A stretch of 64,000 nucleotides of DNA, from positions 158,844,001 to 158,908,000 of the forward strand of contig NC_042999.1 of the NCBI RefSeq assembly GCF_006345805.1, read 5' to 3'. Numbering within the stretch: the stretch's first letter is position 1; each line of letters starts with the position of its first letter. The position numbers and the translations under genes are program-made. The notes beneath the pieces were generated by a model. The model was not told the origin of the DNA and made no database searches. It saw nothing but the letters and a program-made list of their open reading frames with translations. Shown in pieces: positions 38,347-50,074 of this stretch. This DNA comes from Octopus sinensis (taxonomy: Eukaryota).

Positions 38347-40415
38347 GAGTTTCTACTCATTTACTTATTTATTTTTCTAAAATTTTCGTTGCGTCTTGCA
38401 ACCTTTTCAATAGTTGTTGACACAGTTCGTTATTCGAGCTGCGTTCCTTTTGCTTGTTTCTGCGCATGTGTGTGGGTAAGTGTGGGTGCGCTTACACGTG
38501 TATGTATGTACTCACGTGAAGTGTGTGTGTGAATGTATGTATGTGTGCATATGTATATGTATGTGTGTACGTTTGTATGTATTCTGCATATTCATGTGTT
38601 TGTGTGTTTGAGTTCGTGATTGTGTGTTTTTATGTGTATGTGTGTGTTTGCATGGATGTATGTGTGTGTGTATTTCCATATGTGTCGCTGTGTGAAGTTT
38701 GTGTGTATATGTCCATATGTTTCAGTCTTCATTTACGTATATGTGTGTATATTACCTATTTACCTATCTGCCTATATGTCTATCTGTTAATTTCATATCC
38801 ATTTGCCTACATACATGTGCATATACATATACATATATACACACATGTTTATACATACATATATACAGTATGTTTACCTACTTTGTATATTTCCTATTTA
38901 GTACTGGGTATATTTCATTTATGAGGACATACTCCTGTATGGTTTGGGTTCTCTGGGTGCGTGGATAAAATGTGGATGTCAAGTTGACCCAGGTTGTCTC
39001 CATGTTGCTCCTTGACATGTTGGTACAGTATGGAGGACAATTTTTTTCTCGTCATATTATCTCAAATTTTCATTTACTCTTTCCGCAATGTTCCAAGATG
39101 TCCCCTCTATGTATGTCATGTTCATGTCTTTAGAAGCATCTTCTATGCATCTGATGCTGTAGACAACATTTCTAGTTCTACAGTTAATGCCAGGGGTAAT
39201 CCTACATAGCATGCAGTTATCATTTGTGCATATGGTATTCTTAAATGGGTACGTCCTACATAGTTGTGATCTGATGGAGTACCCTGGCTTTTCAGCAATT
39301 ATGATGTTGAGTTTGGTCTCCTTCAGAGCTTTCCTAAATCTACGGGTTAGTTCTCCACAGGCCGTGGCCTCTACAAATATAACTCCTTGATATTTGTCGG
39401 TTTTATACCACCCTGTTTGTTTTGTCACAAGCTCTTTGTCTTCTATTCCAGTCTTTGCTTCTATATCTAGGGCAGGTACCACTGGTTTCACTACATATAA
39501 TGTTATCTAACTTGTTTCTAGCACTCCTGTATACTCGAACCCTATCTTCCTGATCATATCCAGAGAACTGCATGCGATGCATGAAATTATGTACATGTTT
39601 CATAGGGTTGCATAGTGGGGAAACGTCGTTCATTATCCTAAGTCTGCTATCAGTATGTCCATTTTCATATTGTGTGACAAAGCTGAATTCTTGTGAACAT
39701 ATTTCGAAGCTATGGCTTTCATGTAATAGGAGTGGAGGCGTTGCACACTGTTGTTCAGTTTCTAACCAAAGCTCAGTATCAAGGACGGTGAGTCTATTGT
39801 TGGGATGCCTAGTGGGGTAATCTATAGTTACCTTGATACTTTGGTAGATGAAGTTAACTACTTGCTAGATGTTCTCCATTAAGTTCCTCTCAGTTTCTAT
39901 GTGAAGGTTACTAGAGCTGGTCTTAATATCGCCTACATACCTGCTGTAAAGTAGAAGAGTTGTGGACTGTTCTGCTAAGGATTGCTTAAGATTTCTGTCC
40001 CACCATGTCACAAAGAGGCCAGCCACATCTCCAGCTACATCAACTCCAATGGTTGCACCTTGAACCTGCATGTATAGTTTCTTGTTAAACTTTACTATGT
40101 GGTTCTTTAAAGTGGTTCTTACGTTAGCCCCTACTGCATGTGCAATCATTCCTTTCACTTGATTGTTTTCAGGGTCTTGGGTGGATACGATCCAACCACT
40201 CTAGCGCTCTGCGGTGCTTTTCTTCAATGGTGGGTGGTCTTCCCCTCTGTAACCTGGTGGGGTAGAATCTACTGAGGTCATGGTCGTCTAAATAGTCACT
40301 GTCGTAGCTTAAGGAGGAGGCCCAGTTCCCTTGTGTTGACTTCAAGGAATTCTACTTTATTTTCACAAATTATCTCAATGCATTTCTCCACTGCAAAAAC
40401 TCCACAGCAAAACAG

Positions 40416-40420
<5 letters not shown>
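38347..40420 (-). mobile_element. 5'-truncated Penelope-like element, Neptune-type (RT, thumb, Cys-rich linker, GIY-YIG, 3' UTR)
   Basis: KNHIVKFNKKLYMQVQGATIGVDVAG..LYSRYVGDI (RT); MHRMQFSGY; VIFVEAT.CGEL; CTNDNCMLC..NCRTRNVVYSIRC..TYIEGTS.NIAERVNE; SILYQH..EQHG; PVLNRK. Disrupted by stops and frameshifts, with (TA)n at both ends. Confidence 0.92.
38377..38413 (-). ncRNA. Minimal hammerhead-like motif with U3-A8 compensatory core, at the PLE 3' end
   Basis: CUA-UUGAAAA-G-GUUGC(AAGAC)GCAAC-GAAAA-UU-U-UAG; palindromic AAUU stem III. Confidence 0.65.
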
Positions 40421-40455
<35 letters not shown>

Positions 40456-40559
40456 ATTTAGAGATAGAAGTCCCCATGCAATTCATCAAATCCTAATATA
40501 CATCACAACATATTATAGAATTTTATTTTAATACTTACTAATCATTTCTAAATTTCTCT

Positions 40560-40636
40560 TCTACACGTGTTTCAAAAGGTGCGTTTAACGTTCCTTAGAC
40601 ACGCAGCCTTTTTAAACGCAACCTCAATCGTCAGGA
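40560..40636 (-). ncRNA. Hammerhead-like motif with canonical core and long stem II, weak stem I
   Basis: UC-CUGACGA-UU-[12-bp stem II]-UU-GAAAC(ACGU)GU-A-GA; ACACGUGU palindrome. Confidence 0.45.
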
Positions 40637-40774
40637 CTCTTGATAATTTTATTATAATTCAATAACAATTTCTATGTTTTAATATTTTAACAGTTACGAA
40701 TGTAATTAACATATAAATATGCGTAGGTGCAAATAAATTCGCCGGACTTTTCTGTGCAAGCCATAATTCAATTG

Positions 40775-40817
<43 letters not shown>

Positions 40818-40819
<2 letters not shown>

Positions 40820-41523
40820 TTGCGATAAATTTGGTGAAACAATAGTCCTTCTCGTCTCGGAATATCTTTTACTAAGTCCAAATGAATACAAACATCGCCA
40901 CAATAAAGTAGGCCAGTACTTACACTGGAAAATATATAAACACAACAAAATCAGCACTCCTGCTTACTGGTATTAGCATCATCCTGAGCCAGTCATTGAA
41001 GGTAAAAATATCATTATCCTCTGGGATTTTCCAGTCATCACCGACAGAACGATCCAGGCTAATCAACAAGATATAGTCATTAAAGACAGAGAAGAAAATG
41101 CTTGTAGACTAATAGATGTAAGTGTTCCCACTGATAAAAATATATCTGTAAAGGAATTTGACAAATTGAGTAAATATGAGGATCTGGAAATTGAAATACA
41201 AAAGATGTGGCATCTTAAAGTGAGAACTGTTCCTGTTATTGCGGGTGCCCCCGGTATGATAAGACAGGGATGTCAGGAACATCTAGATATCCCAGGAGAA
41301 CCATATCTAGAAAAATTCCAAAAGATGGTACTAACAAAGTACGATCGACATACTTAGAAAAACGCAATCAATTTAAATTGTGTAGTATTACATGAAGGTA
41401 TTTCGCTACTGCCCCTGCCATTTCCCCCCTTCTATCTCTCAGTCATACTGTAACATTTCTTATCCATCTCTAACCCTAGGACGCTGGGCAAGTGACTGAA
41501 ACAATCATGCAGATGAAAAGGAA
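40818..41523 (+). mobile_element. R4/Dong 3' fragment (subfamily B): restriction-like endonuclease + 3' UTR, between (TAA)n tracts
   Basis: EYKHRHNKVGQYLHWKI..ILWDFP..TDRTIQANQQDIVIKD..LIDVSVP.D..KLSKYEDLEIEIQKMW. Confidence 0.88.
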
Positions 41524-41547
41524 ATAATAATAATGATAATAATAATA

Positions 41548-41620
<73 letters not shown>
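41524..41620. repeat. (TAA)n
   Basis: Direct reading. Confidence 0.97.
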
Positions 41621-41622
<2 letters not shown>

Positions 41623-42560
41623 GATAAAGAATATGAAGAAACAACAAAAGCTATAAAACAAATGAAATCCAAACTAAAAATAGAACAGCAACGAACCATG
41701 ATAAAACGATGGCAAGAAAAGCCCCTTCATGGTAAATACTGCACTAAACTAAACACAAAAGAAATAGACAAAGAAAAATCCCAGCAGGACTCAAAGCAGA
41801 AACAGAGGGATTTTTAATTGCAGCACAAGACCAAAGCCTCCCCACCAGAAATTACCAAAAACATGTAATGAAAAGAAATATTACAAGTAACTGCAGAATA
41901 TGTGGAGATGGACAAGAAACAATAAATCATATTATCTCTAGCTGCCCAGTCCTGGCTAAGAAGGAATATATTCACAGACATGACAGAGTTGGAACCTACA
42001 TACATTGGAAGCTATGCCAACATTATGGAATAACAACAGAAAAAAGATGGTATAGGCACACACCAGAAAAGGTCACAGAAAACGAGAAAGCAACCATACT
42101 CTGGGATATTCCGATACACACAGATAGAGAAATTAAGGCCAACAGACCAGATATAGTTGTCAGAGATCATGAAGAAAAAAAATGCTTTCTAATTGATGTT
42201 TCAATACCGGCTGATGACAACGTGTCTCTAAAAGAAATGGAGAAACTCTCAAAATACAAAGACCTGGAAATAGAGGTAACTAGAATGTGGAATCTGAAAA
42301 CAGAAACAATTCCTATCATAGTAGGTGCATTAGGCATGATAAAAAAATATTCAGACAAATACATAACAAAAAGACCAGGACTTACAAACACATATAACAT
42401 ACAGAAAATTGCACTACTAGGTACTGCACACATCCTACGCAGAACACTTTCCATACAATAACCATCAGAGCATCACAACAAATCACAGCACATACCCAAG
42501 GCACACAGAGCTGCGCTCGGTAGTGAAGTGAAAGCACGCTATAAAAATAAAACTACTGAA
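41621..42560 (+). mobile_element. R4/Dong 3' fragment (subfamily A): CCHC finger + PD..D restriction-like endonuclease + 3' UTR
   Basis: ORF 41868-42461: CRICGDGQETINHIISSC..RHDRV..NRPDIVV..LIDVSIP..EKLSKY..VGALG. Upstream WQEKPLHGKY..GLKAETEGFLIAAQDQSL. Ends ..aaaactactg+(AAT)n. Confidence 0.95.
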
Positions 42561-42588
42561 TAATAATAAGAAGAAGAATAATAATAAT

Positions 42589-42779
42589 GTTAAATTCAAC
42601 TTACTTTGAACAAAGTTTGTTTTAGAAGCGATGAGATGTATTGAAAGATACAGAAATTATTTTTTTTCTCAAACGCGTGATAATGATAATGAATAAAAAA
42701 AATAATTTCTGTATCTTTCAATACATCTCATCGCTTCTAAAACAAACTTTGTTTACTTTCATCGTAAGTTGAATTTAGC
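42589..42779. repeat. Fold-back inverted repeat (57-bp perfect core, 42611-42667 / 42696-42751)
   Basis: Direct reverse-complement match. Confidence 0.93.
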
Positions 42780-42835
42780 GATAGTGTCTTATGAAGCTAA
42801 ATTTATACGTTCTAAAATTGCAGAATTCGTTACTG

Positions 42836-42906
42836 GGTAGTTTAGCTTAATGGTAAAGCACTTGACGCGTAATCACAGAGATGTGACTTCGAGTCTATGA
42901 CTGACC
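42836..42906 (+). mobile_element. tRNA-like SINE head (not a functional tRNA)
   Basis: tagcttaatggtaaagc A box and gacttcgagtc B box. The acceptor and anticodon stems pair poorly. Confidence 0.55.
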
Positions 42907-43005
42907 GGTAACGTATCTTTCTGTAATGTATGGATAATTTATCCTATTCACGCTATTTTATTAGCATTATCACGCGTTTGAGAATGAAAAAATTCTGTAT
43001 CTTTC

Positions 43006-43030
43006 AATAATAATAATAATAATAATAATA

Positions 43031-43093
<63 letters not shown>
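43006..43093. repeat. (TAA)n
   Basis: Direct reading. Confidence 0.97.
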
Positions 43094-43094
<1 letters not shown>

Positions 43095-43815
43095 GTTCAG
43101 CTATGAAATTATTCAGTCGCAAATGGTACTACTTACCTACTTCCAAAGAATAATGAAACTAAGTTTCCCAAAACTATCGACCCCATAACCTGTCTATCTA
43201 TCATATATAAAATGTTAGCATTCACGTAGAGACAACATACGTCATTATAGAACAGAACGATATTTTCCCCACTGAACAAAGAGGGTGCGGGTGTGCATCA
43301 TATTGATGCAAAGATTAACTCCAAGTCGAATGATCCTTGAGAACTATTATAACAAACGCAGAAATTTCTATTCCACCTGAATTGATTATGAAAAGGCCTT
43401 GACAGCACATCGCATTCATCGATCTTGAAATTGTTGTATATCTTCAAAATATTTCCTGTAAGTTCAAACTTCTTCAAGCACAACATGCCAGTGTGGAATA
43501 CAAATTTCCATTTCTACCACTCCAATGGAATATTAACTAACAAACAATATTTTATTGCCAACTGTGGAATTTTCCAAGGTGATTCACTTGCACGTCTAAT
43601 TTTTTGTATAACTCTAATACCCGTTACAAGTGAACTTAACAGAACAGGGTATGGGTATAAAATTGACGACAAGAAAATTCGACATACCCGATTTAAAACT
43701 ATATAGCGAAGACGATAATGAGCTTGAAGGCTTATTACGTACTGTGAAAGCGTTCAGTGATGACATCGGGATGGAATTTGGTCTTGATAAATGTGCCAAA
43801 GCCACTTTCCAGAAA
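43094..43815 (+). mobile_element. Decayed R4/Dong RT core
   Basis: GTTYLLPK..RPITCL..EQRGC..IDYEKA..GIFQGDSLARLIFC..DLKLYSED..FSDDIGMEFGLDKCAKATF. Confidence 0.9.
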
Positions 43816-43948
43816 CACACTCATCAATGGCTAATAAACCAGTTATTGTTGTGAGACACCAAAACAAAAAGTCTGTTTATTGATTGACATGTGCATACCA
43901 TGTTCATGATATATCTCGGGAAAAGAATTAAACAAGCTCAGAAAATAT

Positions 43949-44332
43949 GGAAGCACTCCGTCGGTTCCGACGACGAGGGTTCCGGTTGATCCGACCAACG
44001 GAACAGCCTGCTCGTGAAATTAACGTGTAAGTGGCTGAGCACTCCACAGACACGTGTACCCTTAACGTAGTTCTCGGGGATATTCAGCGTGACACAGAGA
44101 GTGACAAGGCCGGCCCCTTGAAATACAGGTACAACAGAAAGAGGAAGTAAGAGTGAGAGAAAGTTGTAGTTAAAGAGTACAGCAGGGATCACCACCATCC
44201 CCTGCCGGAGCCTCGTGGAGCTTTTAGGTGTTTTCGCTCAATAAACACTCACAACGCCCGATCTGGGAATCGAAACCGCGATCCTACGACCGCGAGTCCG
44301 CTGCCCTAACCACTGGGCCATTGCGTCTCCAC
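43949..44332 (-). mobile_element. tRNA-derived SINE, tail type 1, with TSD
   Basis: TSD (c)tcagaaaatat at 43937-43948 and 44332-44343. Confidence 0.94.
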
Positions 44333-44349
44333 TCAGAAAATATAAAGAT

Positions 44350-44720
44350 TTACTGACTGTAATCGAAAAAAGTGGCATCTCAAGACGGTTACAATACCAA
44401 TGATTGTAGGAGCACTTGGAATGATCAAAACAAGGCACTAAGAATTATTTAAGGATGATCCCTGATTTACCATCCATGCAAGAAGTGCAAAGAAACTGTC
44501 TTAACTGGTACGTCATAAGTATTGAGCAGAGTATTGTGAATTTTCTTTCCTTTTTCACCTTTTATTTTCTATCACGTGCTTTTGCAAATGAACGATCTGG
44601 TGTCTTTATTTTAATGGTCTAGCAATGCATACAGTGAGTTCCTTTGTGCTTGGTGGCGGAAAGACATTAGTAAAGAAATGGAAACAAAATTGAAAGAAGA
44701 TCATGATAATAATATTAATG
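44350..44720 (+). mobile_element. R4/Dong 3' end, same subfamily as 255-670
   Basis: KWHLKTVTIPMIVGALGMIK..LTGTS..LSRVL + 3' UTR. Confidence 0.8.
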
Positions 44721-45720
44721 ATAATGTATAAACTTTAAAATGTATTGATCCTATGAATATAATGTACAATTGCTATCAGAATACATTTAGAATAACAGAA
44801 AATATCTGCATTGATATGGAAAATAAATTTTCTACTAAATGGTAGAAGAAATATTCGATAGATATGTTTTGTATAGTGTTTGAATTCTCATATATCGTTT
44901 GGCTTGTATATTATTCCTATTGAGTGCATGTCCCACAATTTTTTACCTTGGAAAATGCGGCTAGAGTAAAAGATATTTTAAGACAAATATTGGGAACAAA
45001 GAATATGATTAGAAAAAATGAAAGAATTATAAGACTGAGAGCTTTGAAAATGCATTCATGCTCATTTTTGCTAGACACAAAAGCAGAGTATTTTAGTAAC
45101 GGGTTTCGAAGTAGCCGTAGCTAGCATTCATAAATTTCTCCGGAAATTAGCAAAGTGAGTTAAAAAGTATAATCGGAAATTGAAATCGTGTCGCAGTATT
45201 GATTTTCTTGAGGTAAACCCTAGCTATGAGGTACTCATCAGAATTCAGAAGTTACAACAATAGTGAATATAGAGTTAGTAGACACATCGATAAAACGGTC
45301 GTCGTTAATTATATGTGGCTTTATCGTTATGAGTTCAAAAACTGCCGAAGTCCATATAATTTTTGCAGCAGGATTACTAAAATAAGTACCATAGCATACG
45401 TTTGCCGATATTAAACAACAATGCCTTCTCACAGTCTATTTATTTTGGCATGTACTAGACATCAAAATAAAAATATCTCATGAATTATAAATATTCATTT
45501 CTATGACATCTAACACAATGTTCATGGAAAAGTCAGTATCAAATAATACTTATTTATAACACAAAAATGAATCATGAAAAAATGACGACTTCATTGAATT
45601 TATATCCCTTCTTGGTATGGATTTAATAGAACGGAAAGAGAAATAATTCAGTATATATGAGTAAAACCTATTTGCCAACGTTAAGTCACAGTCCTGATTA
45701 GGACGATGTTACTACTTATT

Positions 45721-45880
45721 TTAGCCCCAGAAAAAAACTATTTTCCAGCTGGCTACCGACGCACAACTACGTCCTTATACTTCGAACAAGGGAGTGGAGA
45801 TAATAGCAGCCTTGTTCGAGATATAAGGACGCAGTTGTACGTCAGTAGCCAGTTGGAAAGGATGTTTTCCTGAGGCTGAA
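45721..45880. mobile_element. Fold-back MITE-like hairpin (~70-bp arms)
   Basis: The arms pair around an 18-nt loop. The outer arm shares agccccagg..tccagctggcta with the 30567 MITE. Confidence 0.85.
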
Positions 45881-45994
45881 AAAAGGCAGTAACATCGTCC
45901 TAAACAGGACTGCCCCTTTACGTTGACAAATAGATTTTATTCTATATGTATATAGTAATTTGCCATATGAATCATTGGATGATTCAGCAATAAA

Positions 45995-46190
45995 TGAATA
46001 ATAAATACACACACAAAAGACGAAGACAGGTGGTGTACAAAACAAAGAGATGTATTAGTATAACGCTCAGGAATAGAAAAAGTCTTTTACGTTTCGAGCC
46101 TACGCTCTTCTACAGAAAGGAACACAGAAAAAACAGGGAGAGAAACAAAGAGAGAAAAAATGTGTGTAGTGGCTAACGATCTATCATGTA
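45995..46190 (-). mobile_element. PLE-like terminal repeat family 1, copy 4 (hammerhead-like motif at 46083-46120)
   Basis: Reverse-complement homologue of 38120-38322. Confidence 0.75.
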
Positions 46191-47680
46191 TATATGCGAA
46201 TAAAATATACGTGTGTGGTTGAGCGCGAATTTTTGAGGCTACATGTCTACATAATGTGTAACTGTTTATGTATGCCCATATATGTTTATGTCTGTATGTA
46301 TCGTGTTTGTGTGTGAGAGAATGCTAGGCTGGTGAATTTAGTAGTATATGCATGCATGTGTGTGCGTGTGTCTGTGTGGTTGAGATGGCCTATGTGTTCG
46401 CATGCACGTCTACACGTGAGTGCGTGTGACTAAGTGAGACGTATGTTAGATGTATGTGTATGTGCAGTCGTGGTTAGCTCGCAGTTAAAATGAGCGATGG
46501 ATATGTGTTTGCGTGTGTAATTGAGCGTGGGTGTGCACGTGAGTGTATACGTATGGTTGAGCGTAGGAGGAGCTGTATGTATTCATGTTTATATGCATAC
46601 AAATATATGTGTGTGTGTACATATGCGCATAAATATGTGCATATTCTGTATGTATGCATTCAGAAGGTATATAGAGAGATGAAAGACATGGAATAAGATA
46701 AAGAGGTAAAGAGAGAGGTGTGGAGAGAAAAAAGGAGGAACGTAGAGGGATATATATATATATATATATATACATATGAAATCAGAATATAAAAGGAGAA
46801 TTAGTTTATGTTTTTTTTATCATGACCTCATAAATTACATAGGTTTTTGCACGTGTCTCAAAAGCGAATACTAATATGTTGTGCGGTAAATATTGCATAA
46901 TCACATTGAAAAGCCAGATATTTATAAGAGAATGCCAAATAAATCCATTATTATTTACCAGCACCAGCTGGTTAACAGGGCCACAGGTTTGGGTATATAC
47001 ATGAGAGAAAAGATCTTTACATGGTACTTAAGAAAAGGAAAGCAATTTTATCAGGAATGTAGAAGGGAAAAAAATAGCATGAAAGTAGGCTGGAATTTAG
47101 TTAGCGAGGATAGAGTTAGTATTTCTCACTCCTACACACGTCCGCACTCCCGCTTTATACGTATAACTTTATATTTATTTGCACCTATTCATATATGTAT
47201 ATAAGTAGCTCCCTACCCACACACACACACGCACGCACGCTAAAGAAGAGAGATAGAGAATAAAGAAAATAATACAAAATCCAATACATCAAGTAGTAAC
47301 AAAAATAATTGCTAATATATTTTAGAACGGCTGTCTAATAGATGGTGACGTAATTAATGAACATATGCAAAAGATAATGATTGTGTACACCTAGCTAACA
47401 AAATAAGGAATGAAATCAACTTTACCATGAGAAATTTAAGAGGAATTTGTTTTAATATAGACCATATAAAATATACCTATGTATACTTTGTAATTATCTT
47501 ACACCAACTGATTTAATATCATCTTATCTCTTATTCTTAATATTGATTTCAGATTTTTGCACAAAGTCAGCAATTTCGGGTTAGGAGGTAAGACGATTAC
47601 TTTAACTTAAGTACCCAATTGATATTAATATTTTGACCCCGACATTATTTATTTTTTAATTTTAGTATTATTGTCCAATC

Positions 47681-47838
47681 TAAGGTAGCGAGCTGGCAGA
47701 ATCCTTAGCACTCCAGACAAATGGCTTAGCGGCATTTCGTACGTCTTATATTTTGAGTTCAAATTCTGTCGAGGTCGACTTTGCCTTTCATGCTTTCACG
47801 TTTGATAAAATAAGTAGCAGTTGAGCACTGAATGCAAT
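47681..47838 (+). mobile_element. SINE family B (further partial copies at 47545-47645 minus and 47947-48095 plus)
   Basis: taaggtagcgagctggcagaat head + central module. Confidence 0.88.
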
Positions 47839-48364
47839 CTATACGTGTCCAGCTTTAATTTAGCTCCAGGTTTCCGTTTTCTTTACTCGTTTCTTATTAG
47901 TTTTCGATGATTTAACTATTTAAGTTAAAATATTGCTAAACTATCACGTGCTGAGTTTAAATGCCGCCGGGGTCGAATTTGCCTTACTTTTCATCCTTCA
48001 AAGATCTATAAATAAATTGCTAGTTGAGTACTGAGATCGAAGTAATCGACTTACTCTCACTCGATGTTGCTGGTCTAGTGCCGGAAATTGAAACCAATAT
48101 TGCTATTTCTTGATCAAAGGACATGTACATAATCTCATCCTCGTCGACTAACTTTTTCCCCGGTGGTGCTCCAACATAACCGGAGCCGCATGTCTGAAAC
48201 GAGTAAAAGAATAAAAGAATAATTAAAATTAAATGGAGCGAATTAGAAAATATCTCGGAGGGGACAGCGTCAGGAATTTGGAGAACAAAGTCAAAAGGGA
48301 ATGTACAGGAAAGACGTCTATGAGAAATTCTTAATTTATTGAAATTTTCCTCATTGACTACGCA

Positions 48365-48757
48365 GGCGTAGGAGTGGCTGTGTGGTAGGTAGCTTGCTTA
48401 CCAACCACATGGTTCCAGGTTCAGTCCCACTGCGTGGCACCTTGGGCAAGTGTCTTCTACTATAGTCTGGGGCCGAACAAAGCCGTGTGAGTGGATTTGG
48501 TAGACGGAAACTGAAAGAAGCCCGTCGTATATACGTATATACATATGTGTGTGTATGTTTGTGTGTGTGTTTGTCCCCCAACATCGCTTGACAACTGATG
48601 CTGGTGTGTTTACGTCTCCGTAACTTAGCGGTTCGGCAAAAGAGACCGATAGAATAAGTACTAGGCTTACAAAGAATAAGTCCCGGGGTCGATTAGTTCG
48701 ACTAAAGTCGGTGCTCCAGCATGGCCGCAGTCAAATGACTGAAACAAGTAAAAGAGT
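48365..48757 (+). mobile_element. SINE family A
   Basis: Full-length. Confidence 0.95.
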
Positions 48758-48952
48758 GACAGAGGAGAATTAAACCCAGTGAAAAATGTTAGCCATTGAA
48801 AAATTGAAGGGGCAGTTAATTTTAAGTTATTAGAAAACTCTGTATTAAAAATAACGGCTTGTATAGTAGATATTTTAATCCTTTTATGCTAATCCATCTG
48901 ATATCAATGATAAATCTCAGAGCGAGTTATAAACAGTAGCGGCAACACATCG

Positions 48953-49203
48953 TGACGTATATTTGCCATTTGAATATGGCTAACCCCTAAGGATGGATGC
49001 TACTGTAGTTTGTAGCCCCAGGAAGACACCTCCTTATGATACACATAAGTTGAAGACGGGAAGGATGACTTCCCTTCACAAATACTGATAGGACACAGAA
49101 AGTGTGTCTATAGCCAGCAGGAGGAGGTGTCTTCTTGGGGCTACAAACTATAGTAGCATCCACCCTTAGGGGTTAGCCATATTCAGATGACAAATATACA
49201 TCT
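48953..49203. mobile_element. MITE-like element, second copy of the 30567 family, opposite orientation
   Basis: Same TIRs, internal segment reversed relative to 30567, shared 50-bp flank at 48905-48952. Confidence 0.88.
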
Positions 49204-50074
49204 GATATCATCCCTCTTATATCAGAGAACTTATTCAACGTTGCATATCTGTCTTCCGAAGCTTATAAGATACAACACTGGTCGAGAACCTGGATTGAAC
49301 AATCTACTAGTTTTTCATATTCCGTTTCACAAATTCCATTTCATTCAGCTCATATAATTTCCCCCGATCTCTTTATTTACATATTTCATGTGTTCTTATT
49401 TCAGTCTTTGAAGCTTCTTTCATAATTTAATTTGATTTTTATTTTCATTTATTGAACAAATATTTTTCAGCAATTACCCCAAAATTTCGTCTCAACGCTC
49501 AAAACTTCATATATTGTTCTACACTTCAATACATCTTACATTTTATCTATCTCTCTTTATATAAATTCATTTTTCTTCAACAAATTTATTGTTTTCACAT
49601 CTTTTCATCTTACTCTCTTTCTCTCATTTTCTTTATATCTTCGACCTTTTGCTTTAGCTTTCCTCTTACATTTCTTCACTGATTTTTTCTTCCCATATCT
49701 TCTTGCATCCTCACTGCTATTTTTTACCTTTGTTCACTGTTGTTCATTTCCTTTTTATTCATTTCTTTCTGGTTCTTTCTTTTATGTCTTCAATTATTTC
49801 ATCAGCTCTCTATTCATTTTACACACTGATTTTTTTTTCTTTATCACTGCATTGATTTAAGTGTCTGATGTTTATAACTTAGAAATAGAAGTAGAATTAT
49901 TGATTTAAATTCCACTCTGCCAGAGTTTATGTATGATCAAAGACGTGCAAAGTGTCATCACATTCTCCAGCTCTTGTTATTCACTCATCTCTGGTTTGAT
50001 CACGATTTCCTCCTTATGTTTCCATCACACATGACCATATGGATACTCCTTAGTTAGCTTATTTTATTAGTCAA

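Noticed and set aside
42836-42906. Functional tRNA gene
   Set aside because: The cloverleaf stems do not pair. This and the other A/B-box hits are SINE heads.
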